From: Methylomonas sp.
GTDB lineage: Bacteria > Pseudomonadota > Gammaproteobacteria > Methylococcales > Methylomonadaceae
Reading direction: 5' to 3'
Length of the DNA: 38,658 nt
Assembly (NCBI GenBank): GCA_026989715.1
Contig: JALSIU010000342.1
Location: 1-38,658 of the forward strand
Shown: positions 10,557-20,292 of the stretch, one piece after another
How positions within the stretch are numbered: the first letter of the stretch is position 1
Layout: each line of letters begins with the position of its first letter
Program-made: the position numbers and the translations under genes
Notes under the pieces: generated by a model
What the model was told of the DNA's origin: nothing
The model's database searches: none
The model's input: only the letters and a program-made list of their open reading frames with translations

Positions 10557-11762
10557 TTATGCCGCGAGAAACCGGCGTAATAAATCCAGTGATAAGATGG
10601 CTGCTTGATTTTGTTTACGTTGCGGTGGGCCACCAATCGTATGCGTACTATGCAGGATGTCACTCGGAGTTAAGAGTAGGGTCGTTAAGCAAATAGTCTC
10701 GGCTTTATTTTGAAATTGCGCACAACTGCCTTGATAAGTTTGTACTAATACCAAGTCTGTTTGCTCTTGTCCTTGTGTTTTTTGCGCCATTTTTATTGTT
10801 GTGTGAAGGCGGTCTGTACTATTTAATGATTCGGTTGCCTGATGAAAGGCTTGCTTAAAAACGGCACTGAATAGCCACGCTTGGCCTAAGCACTTTGCCG
10901 CGATGAGGCCTTGAGAGGCGGTTTCTATAACGGCGAGGCTTAAATCCTGTTGTTGCATGGCGTGGGCGATAATATCAATAAGCCCTCTTTGTGCCTGATT
11001 GCTGTTATCTATTGCAAAAACGTAATCCCCTAGACTGTCCGCCACTTGTCGGACAGTGGTATTCAGTAGTGCTTGTTTTGTATTCGCCGGAAAAAGTAAT
11101 TTGGTTTGTACTTCGTCTGTGCCTGCACGAAAACTAAGTTGTACCTGTTGCGGTAAAGTAATGTTTGTTAGTTTTTCTTGAATGTCGGATTCACCGATAC
11201 CAATGGTGCGTAAGGTAAGCAACTGTTTAGCTTGTAGCTTAAAGCGTTGCCTGAGTTGTTTGGCGATAAATTCTGTAAACATACCTTGCATTTCAAAAGG
11301 GACGCCGGGAACAAAGACAAACCAGCAACCTTGCTGTTGTAATGAGAATCCGGGAGCCGATCCCCATGGGTTATCAATACGCGCAGCACCTTGTGGGAAA
11401 TAGGCTTGTTTACGGTTGGCATCAGCCATAGCTCGCTTGCGATGAGCAAAAAATTGCTTTATATGTTCTAGTGCCGTTACATCAAACTCAAGTGGTCGCG
11501 CAAAGGCCTCGGCAACCGCTTGTGTGGTTAGGTCATCAATTGTAGGGCCTAAGCCACCTGTGCAAATACAGACATCTGCACGAGTCGCTATTTCTTGCAA
11601 TAATTTTTTCAGGTCTGCTAAGTTGTCGCCTACTGCTGTGTGTCGCGTGACGCTAAAGCCCAGTTGTACCAGCTGTTGTGATAGCCATGCGGCGTTACTA
11701 TCTACGGTCTGACCGCTGATAACTTCTTCACCTTGGGAAAATATTTCGACAATGGGGGGCAT
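10557..11762 (-). CDS. cinA: CinA-family competence/damage-inducible protein (MoCF-like domain plus degenerate PncC domain)
   Basis: GEEVISGQTVDSNAAWL, VGDN, TGGLGPTIDDLT, NPWGSAPG, PGVPFEM; C-terminal domain divergent. Confidence 0.85.
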   Translation of the reverse strand: MPPIVEIFSQGEEVISGQTVDSNAAWLSQQLVQLGFSVTRHTAVGDNLADLKKLLQEIATRADVCICTGGLGPTIDDLTTQAVAEAFARPLEFDVTALEHIKQFFAHRKRAMADANRKQAYFPQGAARIDNPWGSAPGFSLQQQGCWFVFVPGVPFEMQGMFTEFIAKQLRQRFKLQAKQLLTLRTIGIGESDIQEKLTNITLPQQVQLSFRAGTDEVQTKLLFPANTKQALLNTTVRQVADSLGDYVFAIDNSNQAQRGLIDIIAHAMQQQDLSLAVIETASQGLIAAKCLGQAWLFSAVFKQAFHQATESLNSTDRLHTTIKMAQKTQGQEQTDLVLVQTYQGSCAQFQNKAETICLTTLLLTPSDILHSTHTIGGPPQRKQNQAAILSLDLLRRFLAA

Positions 11763-11774
11763 TATGCAAGACTT

Positions 11775-12443
11775 TTAAGCAAAAACTTTGTTGATAAAAA
11801 TAGAAATATCGGCAATTTCTTCTAAACATAATGTGTGTTGCATCGGGTATTCATGCCAGCTAATTTGATAGTCCATGGCATGCAAGCGGTTAAAGGCATC
11901 TTTGGCTATGTGTGGTGCAATCACTGGGTCTAAGTTGCCATGAGCCATAAAAATGGCAGTCGCATCATTTTCTGGGGCGCGTTCAGATTTAAGTTGTTCG
12001 GTTGTCGGCATATAAGTGGAGAGTGCTAAGATGCCTGCTAATTTTTGAGGGTAGCGCAGACCTGTATGTAAGGCAATCACTCCGCCTTGAGAGAACCCTG
12101 CCAATAAGATGTTTTCCGCTTGGATGCCCTTGTCTATTTCTCTTTGTATGAATTGTACAATGTTGTTTGATGAGTCATATATATCATTTATGGCAACGTT
12201 GCGGGCTAAGGTTGCATCCAAAATATCATACCAAGAGGGCATTTGCATGCCGCCATTAATGGTGACGGCTTGTATGGGGGCGTTGGGAAAAATAAAATTA
12301 ATATTGGCCGCTTTATGTAGCTTGAGTTCGGGAACGATGCCTTCAAAATCATGTCCATCAGCTCCTAATCCATGTAGCCAGATAATGGAGTAAAGAGGTG
12401 TGGATGAGGCGGGTATTTCGACGCAACTGAGTAGGGAAGACAT
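11775..12443 (-). CDS. Phospholipase/carboxylesterase (alpha/beta hydrolase)
   Basis: WLHGLGADG, VTINGGMQMPSWYDI, GFSQG nucleophile, HG-x-x-D-x-V, catalytic His in PMQH. Confidence 0.93.
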   Translation of the reverse strand: MSSLLSCVEIPASSTPLYSIIWLHGLGADGHDFEGIVPELKLHKAANINFIFPNAPIQAVTINGGMQMPSWYDILDATLARNVAINDIYDSSNNIVQFIQREIDKGIQAENILLAGFSQGGVIALHTGLRYPQKLAGILALSTYMPTTEQLKSERAPENDATAIFMAHGNLDPVIAPHIAKDAFNRLHAMDYQISWHEYPMQHTLCLEEIADISIFINKVFA

Positions 12444-12476
12444 AGATTTTTGGAGGTTGTTGTATTGAGTGTTAGT

Positions 12477-13409
12477 TTATTGTTTAGCTTGTGTTTTTGT
12501 TTGCCAATTCTTTTTACGTTTGAGTTTTTTGGCGGCTTTGCGTTCACGAATAAGGGCGAGTTCTGCTAATTCTTGTTGCATCATTGCCGGTGTTTCTAAG
12601 GTGAGCCTGCCTAGTAAGCCATCACGTAGTTCTGTGAGTATGATTTTAGCGACTTTGTCGATATCAATATGGCCACCACTGCGTAAGCATCCCCGTTTTT
12701 TACCAATGATTTGTAGTAATTCATAATCACTAGGGGGGAGTGTTGTAATTTGATAGCGTTGTTTTAGTGCTTCTGGGTAATGTGTAAGTAAAAACTCACC
12801 CGCAAAAGAGGCTACATCATCATGTTTTAATGCGGTATCTTTAATTGCGCCGGTGGTTGCTAAGCGGTAACCGGTATTGTGATTTTCTAAGTTAGGCCAT
12901 AACATACCCGGCGTATCACAGAGAATGATGCCGTTGTGTAAGTCAATACGCTGTTGTCTTTTGGTGACGGCGGGTTCATTGCCGGTTTTGGCGATAGTAC
13001 GTCCTGCTAATGCATTAATTAATGTTGATTTGCCGACATTGGGAATGCCCATAATTAAGACATGAATCACTTTAGTTGCTGTGTCTTTATGTGGGACTAA
13101 TTTACGGCATAAATCGACTACATTTTGTACTTTATCGCTTTGTGTGGCTGTTAAGGCGAGGGTCTTGACCCCTTCTTCTTGCTCTAAGTAGTTTTGCCAA
13201 ACGGCTGTTCTGGCAGGGTCTGCCAAATCCGCTTTATTTAATATTTTTATACAGGGTTTGTTGCCGCGTAGGTCTGATAATAGTGGGTTGGCACTACTGA
13301 AAGGTAAACGTGCATCCAGTATTTCAATGAGTAAATCAATTTCGGGCAGGCTTTGTTTAATTTCTTTGCCTGCCTTGTGCATGTGTCCTGGGAACCATTG
13401 GATTTGCAT
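12477..13409 (-). CDS. ylqF: Ribosome biogenesis GTPase RbgA/YlqF
   Basis: IQWFPGHM, DARLP, NKAD (G4 before G1), GIPNVGKS, DTPG: circularly permuted GTPase. Confidence 0.95.
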   Translation of the reverse strand: MQIQWFPGHMHKAGKEIKQSLPEIDLLIEILDARLPFSSANPLLSDLRGNKPCIKILNKADLADPARTAVWQNYLEQEEGVKTLALTATQSDKVQNVVDLCRKLVPHKDTATKVIHVLIMGIPNVGKSTLINALAGRTIAKTGNEPAVTKRQQRIDLHNGIILCDTPGMLWPNLENHNTGYRLATTGAIKDTALKHDDVASFAGEFLLTHYPEALKQRYQITTLPPSDYELLQIIGKKRGCLRSGGHIDIDKVAKIILTELRDGLLGRLTLETPAMMQQELAELALIRERKAAKKLKRKKNWQTKTQAKQ

Positions 13410-13420
13410 TGCTTTAGCCT

Positions 13421-14131
13421 TTATGTTTTAGCAATATGTAAGCCGCATTCTTTTTTGGTAGCATCTTCCCACCACCAGCGACCGGCACGTTCGTGTTGAT
13501 TCGGTAAGACAGGGCGCGTACAGGGTTCACAACCGATACTGATAAAGCCGTGTTTGTGTAATTCATTGAAGGGGACTTGGTAGGCTTCTATGTAATCCCA
13601 TATTTGTGCTGAACTTTGATTCACCATGGGGTTAAATTTGATTAAGGTATGTTCTTTACTTGAAAAAGCAACATCGACTTCAATTGCATTAATATTTTGC
13701 CGCGTACCGATGCTTTGGTCTTTACGTTGCCCTGTAATCCACGCATCAACTTGCGCCAGTTTGCGTTTTAAAGGTTCTACTTTGCGAATGGCACAGCATT
13801 CTTGATGGCCATCCTCATAAAAACTAAACAGACCTTTGGCTTTAACCAGTGCTTCAATACTTGCATGGTTTGGGGAGAGTAGTTCAATATCAATTTTATA
13901 ATGTTGGCGTACTTTCTCGATAAATTGGTAGGTTTCGGGGTGTAAGCGACCCGTATCCAGGCAAAAAATTTGTATATCTGGGCGAATTTTTAAAGCCATA
14001 TCCAGAACGACTACATCTTCTGCCCCGCTAAATGAAAGTGCAATACGCTCATAGTTTTCTAATGCATGGCGTAGTATTTTACGTGGGTTTTTATTTTGAA
14101 GTTCAGCTTGGATTGATTTGATATCGTGCAT
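13421..14131 (-). CDS. cysH: Adenylylsulfate (APS/PAPS) reductase, 4Fe-4S APS-reductase type
   Basis: SFSGAED, LDTGRLHPET, ECCAIRKVEPL (CC), SIGCEPCT (CxxC), ERAGRWWWE, ECGLH. Likely start ATG 14131 (MHDIKS), not 14227. Confidence 0.93.
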   Translation of the reverse strand: MHDIKSIQAELQNKNPRKILRHALENYERIALSFSGAEDVVVLDMALKIRPDIQIFCLDTGRLHPETYQFIEKVRQHYKIDIELLSPNHASIEALVKAKGLFSFYEDGHQECCAIRKVEPLKRKLAQVDAWITGQRKDQSIGTRQNINAIEVDVAFSSKEHTLIKFNPMVNQSSAQIWDYIEAYQVPFNELHKHGFISIGCEPCTRPVLPNQHERAGRWWWEDATKKECGLHIAKT

Positions 14132-14162
14132 AAATTTATTAGGTTGAGGGAGGGAGTGTGTA

Positions 14163-14609
14163 TTAGCGTGCATTATTTTGAATAATGCTGTTAACATCTG
14201 CTTCACTAAGGCCGGCAATGCTTGCAATTAAGGGAGTCGTGAGCCCTGCCTTATGAGCATTTAAAACGATTTGCGTTTTTGTTTGTAAAGAGCCTGCTTT
14301 AATTCCCTGCTCAATGCCTTTTTCAACACCTTGATCAAAACCTGTTTCCAAGGCTAAATTAATGGATGATTTTTGGATATAAATAAACTCTTTACGTTTA
14401 TGTTGTAGTTCTAGCTCTTCAGGAGAGAAGTTTGCTTCATTTGCAATTTCGAGTGCTTGCTTTATCTCAGGTTGTACTTGTTCTGGAATACAGTCTAATT
14501 TGCCTGCATTTTTAATAAAATAAATCCATTTGTCTTGCGCGGTTTGCAATTCAGCTAAGCAAAACACTTTTTTAAAGGCATAATCGGTTTTAACGTCTAA
14601 AAATTTCAT
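14163..14609 (-). pseudogene. Internally deleted Rpn / PD-(D/E)XK_2 family gene (reading frame still open)
   Basis: The family-typical N-terminus MKFLDVKTDYAFKKVF joins directly to the C-terminal LAELQTAQDKWIYFIKNA and GVEKGIEQG repeats. The nuclease core is missing and the ORF is only 148 aa. Confidence 0.75.
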
Positions 14610-14620
14610 AGATGTCGGGC

Positions 14621-16195
14621 TTATTGTTGCAAGTATTGGTTTAAAAAGTCATCAAACGATAAACTATCTTTTGCTTCAATTTCTTGTTGCTTCGTTAAAG
14701 ATGCGCTGGCCATGGCATTAAATTTTGCCGTTTCTGTACTATTAAGCTGGTCGGCGGTAAACTTTTTTGCATGCTTGGCCGATAATTGGTCGGCAAATTT
14801 GGCATACGGTTGCTGAGCAGATTGCATGGCCGCTAAAATACGGGCTGAAGGGGTTAAGTCGGGGGTTTCAACCAGTTTACGTTGTTCTGTCAAGGCTTGC
14901 GTATAATGCTGAACCGCTTCCCCTTGGTCTAAAATATGACAGACTGCTTGCATATTATCAAGAATATCAGTTGCCCAGTCTTGCAAGCGGATGGCTTGCC
15001 GGCCTTTTATTAATTCAATATTAGGTTGCCGGCCTGCATTGGCAACGGTCAGTTGGTTGGCATTATTGGTTTGAAAGTCCTCGGTACTCATTTCGGGGCT
15101 ATCTTGTAATAAGCAAGTTAATAAAAAGGCTTCAATAAAACGTGCACGGCTCGCATCAATACCAATTGGGTTAAATAAATCTAAATCAAGTGAGCGGATT
15201 TCTACATACAACACGCCACGACGCTTAAGGGCTAAGGTCGGTTTTTCACAAGGGTTGATGATTTGTTTAGGGCGAACGGTGCTGTAATATTCATTTTCTA
15301 TTTGCAAAATATTGCTATTCAGTTGGTGGTACTCATTGGCCACTTTTACCCCGATTTTTTCATACTCGGCATAAGGGGTATTGATGGCGCGCGATAAGCT
15401 GTCTACATAGCCATCAAGGGAATTATAATCAATATTTAAATTTGCTTGGTTATTGCTTTTATAGCCAATATCACTCATACGCAATGAAGTGGCGTAGGGG
15501 TGATAAAGCGTGCCGTTATCAAATTCGGCAAATTGTGCCATCAGTTCCGGCCGTGTTTTAAAGAAATTTTTACAAATGGCAGGCGATGCACCAAATAAAT
15601 ATAAAATCAGCCAGCCTTGACGTTGAAAATTACGAATTAAATCAAAATAGGCGTTTGCCTGAAAATCCTCTAATGAGGCGGAAGAGCCTTCTAGCTGGTG
15701 TAGTATCGGCCAGAGCGTTTCCGGAAGTGAATAATTGAAATGTATGCCGGCAATGGCTTGCATCGTACGCCCATAACGATGCCATAAACCTTTACGGTAA
15801 ATATGCTTCATGGTGCCGATATTAGAGTGACCATATTCTGCAATGGGAATGCTTTCATCACCATTGATGCCGCAAGGCATACTACTCGCTAATAAATGTT
15901 CATTATCTAAATTATCATAGACAAATTGATGGATATGATGCAAAAAACGTAAGCTGTCATTAATATCTGCAAAGGGCGGCGTGATAAATTCCAATAAGGC
16001 TTCGGAATAATCTGTTGTGATATGTGGGTGCGTCAGTGCCGAGCCAAGTGCAACAGGGTGGGGTGTTTGCGCAATAAAGCCTTGATTGGATAAGCGTAGG
16101 CTCTCTTTTTCTATGCCTTTTAGCCCATTTTTTAAAAGAGGTTGTTGATTCGCGTTGATGAGCCGTTGTAAACGGTTTAAATTTGTCGTATTCAA
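14621..16195 (-). CDS. gshA: Glutamate--cysteine ligase
   Basis: [66 protein letters not shown]. Confidence 0.97.
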   Translation of the reverse strand: MNTTNLNRLQRLINANQQPLLKNGLKGIEKESLRLSNQGFIAQTPHPVALGSALTHPHITTDYSEALLEFITPPFADINDSLRFLHHIHQFVYDNLDNEHLLASSMPCGINGDESIPIAEYGHSNIGTMKHIYRKGLWHRYGRTMQAIAGIHFNYSLPETLWPILHQLEGSSASLEDFQANAYFDLIRNFQRQGWLILYLFGASPAICKNFFKTRPELMAQFAEFDNGTLYHPYATSLRMSDIGYKSNNQANLNIDYNSLDGYVDSLSRAINTPYAEYEKIGVKVANEYHQLNSNILQIENEYYSTVRPKQIINPCEKPTLALKRRGVLYVEIRSLDLDLFNPIGIDASRARFIEAFLLTCLLQDSPEMSTEDFQTNNANQLTVANAGRQPNIELIKGRQAIRLQDWATDILDNMQAVCHILDQGEAVQHYTQALTEQRKLVETPDLTPSARILAAMQSAQQPYAKFADQLSAKHAKKFTADQLNSTETAKFNAMASASLTKQQEIEAKDSLSFDDFLNQYLQQ

Positions 16196-16264
16196 AATGT
16201 TAAAAACCTAGATAAAAGTGCTACCATCTATTATATAACTGTTTCGGGGCTAGAGATAAATATT

Positions 16265-18403
16265 GTGCAGCAATCACAGAATGAGGCATCGTCGGCACTG
16301 ACGATTTTGCGTAGCGTTTTTGGATATGAGGCGTTTCGGGGGCAACAAGCGGATATTATTGCGCAATTGATTGCCGGGCATAGTGCGGTTGTTTTAATGC
16401 CTACCGGAGGCGGAAAATCACTTTGTTATCAAATTCCTGCGATGGTGCGTGAGGGGGTGGGCATTGTCATTTCTCCTTTGATCGCATTAATGGAAGACCA
16501 AGTTAATGCTTTGCATCAATTAGGCGTGCGAGCCGCTTATTTAAATTCGACCTTAACTTTTGAGCAAGTACAAATCATTGAACAGCAATTACGCAAGAAT
16601 GAGCTGGATTTACTGTATGTTGCGCCGGAGCGTTTAACCACCGAACGCACATTGCAATTATTTAGCCAAATTCAGGTAGCGTTATTTGCGATTGATGAAG
16701 CGCACTGTGTCTCGCAATGGGGGCATGATTTTCGGGTTGATTATTTGCAATTGTCATTATTGGCGGAGCGTTTTCCTGCTATTCCACGTATTGCACTCAC
16801 GGCGACCGCCGATCAGCGTACGCGTGCAGAAATTATCACGCGTTTAAGCCTGACGGAAGCTCGGTTGTTTGTTAGCGGCTTTGACCGGCCTAATATTCGT
16901 TACCGAATTGTTGAAAAAAATAATGCACGCCAGCAATTGCTGGCTTTGATTAAAGCAGAGCATCAAGGTGATGCGGGCATTGTTTATTGTTTATCACGTA
17001 AAAAAGTTGAATCTACCGCACTGTGGTTACAAGAGAAAGGTATTGATGCTTATCCTTATCATGCCGGTTTGTCACACCAGATACGCAAAGCACATCAGCA
17101 TAAGTTTTTAATGTCCGAGGGGGTTGTGATTGTTGCGACAGTCGCTTTTGGGATGGGAATTGATAAGCCGAATGTACGCTTTGTGGCACATTTAGATTTA
17201 CCTAAAAGTATTGAGGGCTATTATCAAGAAACCGGTCGGGCAGGGCGTGATGGTGAGCCCGCGAATGCTTGGATGGCGTATGGTTTGCAGGATGTCATTA
17301 TGCTACGGCAAATGTTACAAGGCTCTGATGCCGATGAAACGCATAAACGTGTGGAATTACACAAACTCGATGCGATGCTGGGTTTATGTGAGCAAGTTTC
17401 TTGTCGACGTGAGGTTTTATTGAGTTATTTTGGTGAAACACAGCTTGAGCCTTGCGGCAATTGTGATACCTGTTTAGAGCCTGTAGAGACGTGGGATGGC
17501 ACAGTTGCGGCGCAACAAGCACTTTCCTGCATTTATCGAACTGAACAACGCTTTGGGGTTAATTATCTTATCGAAGTATTATTGGGCAAAAATTCTGAAC
17601 GTATACGCCGTTTTGGCCATGAGCAACAAAGTACCTTCGGCATTGGTAAAGCCTTGACGGAAACACAGTGGCGTTCTGTTTTTAGGCAGTTAGTGGTCAA
17701 AGGTTTGGTTGATGTCGATTTTGAATATGGCGCGTTAAAACTGCATCCTAGTTGCCGGCCTTTATTGCGTGGAGAAACGCAAATCCGCTTTCGTAAAGAA
17801 CTTAAGACAAAAAGTAAGAAAACCAAGCTTCAGCGCGGTGATTTTGCTAAGCACAGTGATAATGTGTTATGGGATGCTTTACGTGCAAAGCGGCGCGCAT
17901 TAGCTGATGCACAAGACGTGCCGCCGTATGTGATTTTTAATGATGCCAGTTTAATGGAGATGGTGGAAAAGCGGCCGAAAAATGAACAACAATTTTCCCA
18001 AATTTCAGGGGTAGGGGAACGTAAGCTTGAGTTATATGCAGAGGATTTTCTGAGTATCATACAGAGCGTGCACACGAGCCAAGAGCAAAACTCTATTTTA
18101 ACGGAAACGGTCGATGAGACGGTGGTACTCTTTAATGCCGGCTTTTCAGTTGCAAAAATTGCCCTGCAACGTGAATTAAAAGAAACCACCATATATGGTC
18201 ATTTAGCACAAGGTATTGCTCAGAACTTAGTTAATTTAAGCGATGTCGTTGAGTTGAGTGAGCAAGAACTCAGCTCTATTCAAAATGAAATTTTAAATTT
18301 ATCGGCTCAGCCGGAAGACGCTTTGAAACCTGTTTATGATGCCTTGAGTGGTGTCTATGATTATGGTGTTATCCGTTGCGTGAAAGTTGCAATGGAACTT
18401 TAA
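16265..18403 (+). CDS. recQ: ATP-dependent DNA helicase RecQ with HRDC and an extra C-terminal HTH-like domain
   Basis: [36 protein letters not shown], Zn-binding [21 protein letters not shown]. Confidence 0.97.
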   Translation: MQQSQNEASSALTILRSVFGYEAFRGQQADIIAQLIAGHSAVVLMPTGGGKSLCYQIPAMVREGVGIVISPLIALMEDQVNALHQLGVRAAYLNSTLTFEQVQIIEQQLRKNELDLLYVAPERLTTERTLQLFSQIQVALFAIDEAHCVSQWGHDFRVDYLQLSLLAERFPAIPRIALTATADQRTRAEIITRLSLTEARLFVSGFDRPNIRYRIVEKNNARQQLLALIKAEHQGDAGIVYCLSRKKVESTALWLQEKGIDAYPYHAGLSHQIRKAHQHKFLMSEGVVIVATVAFGMGIDKPNVRFVAHLDLPKSIEGYYQETGRAGRDGEPANAWMAYGLQDVIMLRQMLQGSDADETHKRVELHKLDAMLGLCEQVSCRREVLLSYFGETQLEPCGNCDTCLEPVETWDGTVAAQQALSCIYRTEQRFGVNYLIEVLLGKNSERIRRFGHEQQSTFGIGKALTETQWRSVFRQLVVKGLVDVDFEYGALKLHPSCRPLLRGETQIRFRKELKTKSKKTKLQRGDFAKHSDNVLWDALRAKRRALADAQDVPPYVIFNDASLMEMVEKRPKNEQQFSQISGVGERKLELYAEDFLSIIQSVHTSQEQNSILTETVDETVVLFNAGFSVAKIALQRELKETTIYGHLAQGIAQNLVNLSDVVELSEQELSSIQNEILNLSAQPEDALKPVYDALSGVYDYGVIRCVKVAMEL

Positions 18404-18415
18404 GGCTTTCTTATA

Positions 18416-18444
18416 TTGCATAAGTATTGCATCCTTGCTACCAT
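18416..18444 (+). promoter_or_regulatory. Putative sigma70 promoter of the truncated haemoglobin gene
   Basis: TTGCAT (18416-21)-N17-TACCAT (18439-44) with an extended -10 TG at 18436-37. Confidence 0.6.
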
Positions 18445-18493
18445 CCAATTTCCATAATTTAAAAATAACAATAACAACAATGAGGAATCATTA

Positions 18494-18877
18494 ATGAGTG
18501 AAGAAGAAAGCAGTAAAAGTTTGTATGAGCAAATTGGTGGTGAAGCAGCAGTTGATGCAGCGGTAGATCTTTTTTACCGTAAAGTATTGGCAGACCACCG
18601 TATTAATCGCTTTTTTGACAATACTGATATGGAAGCACAAGCGGCTAAGCAAAAGGCTTTCCTAACCATGGCATTTGGTGGACCTGCAAATTATACAGGT
18701 GAAGATATGCGCACCGGTCATGCCAAATTAGTAAAAATGGGGCTGAATGCGTCACATTTTGATGCTGTGATGGAACATTTAGGGGCGACGATGAAAGAGC
18801 TGGGTGTGCCTGATGATTTAATTGCGCAAGCTGCTGCCATTGCAGAAAGCACACGTAATGATGTGTTAGGTCTATAA
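18494..18877 (+). CDS. Group I (N) truncated haemoglobin
   Basis: SLYEQIGG..AV..AVDLFY (TyrB10), RINRFF, KQKAFL (Gln), FGGP..YTG..M..GH (proximal His), HFDAV; GAGG RBS. Confidence 0.95.
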   Translation: MSEEESSKSLYEQIGGEAAVDAAVDLFYRKVLADHRINRFFDNTDMEAQAAKQKAFLTMAFGGPANYTGEDMRTGHAKLVKMGLNASHFDAVMEHLGATMKELGVPDDLIAQAAAIAESTRNDVLGL

Positions 18878-18908
18878 TAGTAAATACTCGTTTTTTATTT
18901 AAAGTTTG

Positions 18909-18938
18909 AAACCGAATAAAGCCTTTTATTTCGGTTTT
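18909..18938 (+). terminator. Hairpin, probable terminator after the truncated haemoglobin gene
   Basis: AAACCGAATAAA-GCCT-TTTATTTCGGTTT inverted repeat with one bulge, 30 nt after the stop. Confidence 0.5.
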
Positions 18939-19250
18939 AAGCTTTATTTTCTTTAGGTTTTCAATATCTAAAGCATTTTGAGTTTCGAACACTTTTTCTC
19001 TTAAAATTGACTGGCGGTATCCCCCGAAAGTTAATCATCATATATACTCATTGCGCATGAAATTTTGGCACTTAAACACGTAGATATGTTTATCGGGCTG
19101 GTGTGTAGGGTAGCCAGAGCATAGCCAAAGTTTTGTCGGTTAAAATAAAAGCACACGGTAGAGTCAATCAGGGCATGTGTTTATTCATATGCTGAGTAAC
19201 GCTATAATGGTGCATCTAATACAAGCTGTTTAAATGAAGAGGAAAACTCT

Positions 19251-19613
19251 ATGGCAAGTCATCAAAATATGAGCGCAGCCGAGCGTATTGTAGCGGATGC
19301 ACGGAAACACCAAACGGAACGTGAAAAAACATATCGCGGTCAAGCTTTAAAAATGTACCCTTGGGTTTGCGGTCGCTGTTCGCGTGAGTTTGATAATAAA
19401 AATTTACAAGAATTAACGGTGCATCATAAAAATCATAATCATGATGATAATCCGGCAGATGGCAGTAATTGGGAATTATTGTGTTTATATTGTCATGATA
19501 ATGAGCATTCCAAATATGAGGAAATGCGCTTTGGTAGTGCTAAACAAGAGCAGGATAATTCAGGTGGCACGCATAACCCCTTTGCCGGTTTGGGTGATTT
19601 GCTAAAAAAATGA
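19251..19613 (+). CDS. yajD: YajD-family HNH nuclease
   Basis: YRGQALKMYPWVCGRCSREF, LTVHH, NHDDNPADGSNWELLCLYCHDNEH, C-terminal THNPFAGL. Confidence 0.9.
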   Translation: MASHQNMSAAERIVADARKHQTEREKTYRGQALKMYPWVCGRCSREFDNKNLQELTVHHKNHNHDDNPADGSNWELLCLYCHDNEHSKYEEMRFGSAKQEQDNSGGTHNPFAGLGDLLKK

Positions 19614-20170
19614 GCAAATGCCCTTGGGCGCAAGCGCACCCGCTAGAAGAACATTACCACGATACCGAATGGGGAGTGCCGGTACATAATGAGCGTTTAT
19701 TATTTGAGATGTTGATTTTAGAAGGTGCGCAGGCTGGCTTGAGTTGGTTGACGGTTTTAAAAAAACGCGAGGGGTATCGTCGGGCATTTGCTGATTTTGA
19801 TGCGCATAAAATTGCCTGTTTTAGTGAGGCAGACCAAGAAATATTAAGGCATAACCCTGATATCATCAGAAATAAATTGAAAATTAAAGCGGCAATAAGC
19901 AATGCACAAGCTTTTTTGGCAATACAAGCGCAATTTGGCAGTTTTGATCACTATATTTGGCAGTTTGTGGGTGGCGAAACGGTTAATAATGCTTGGCAGA
20001 CTATGCAAGATGTGCCGACTCGTACGCCTGAGTCTGATTTAATGAGCAAAACATTGAAAAAAGCAGGGTTTAAATTTGTGGGTACGACTATTTGTTATGC
20101 TTATATGCAAGCGGTAGGAATGGTGAATGATCATTTATTGAGTTGTCCCTACTATGAGCTTAAAGGGTAA
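19610..20170 (+). CDS. tag: DNA-3-methyladenine glycosylase I
   Basis: CPWA...YHDTEWGVP, LEGAQAGLSW, IIRNKLKI, GFKFVG, GMVNDH...C; ATGA overlap with yajD. Confidence 0.96.
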   Translation: MSKCPWAQAHPLEEHYHDTEWGVPVHNERLLFEMLILEGAQAGLSWLTVLKKREGYRRAFADFDAHKIACFSEADQEILRHNPDIIRNKLKIKAAISNAQAFLAIQAQFGSFDHYIWQFVGGETVNNAWQTMQDVPTRTPESDLMSKTLKKAGFKFVGTTICYAYMQAVGMVNDHLLSCPYYELKG

Positions 20171-20292
20171 GCGCATCGGTTAATAGGGGGCGGATAGAAA
20201 AATGCGTATGTGTTTTTTCGTTTTAGCACCGTTCTAAATGCTATACAATAGGTGCAATACAGATTTTGGCGTTTTTATTAAAGATATTATTC

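Noticed and set aside
14132-14227. N-terminal extension of CysH in the ORF track
   Set aside because: It overlaps the rpn remnant and has no CysH-like sequence; ATG 14131 gives a normal-length protein.
18645-18992. 115-aa minus-strand ORF overlapping the globin gene
   Set aside because: Two-thirds is antisense to the globin, it runs through the terminator-like hairpin, and it has no recognisable domain.
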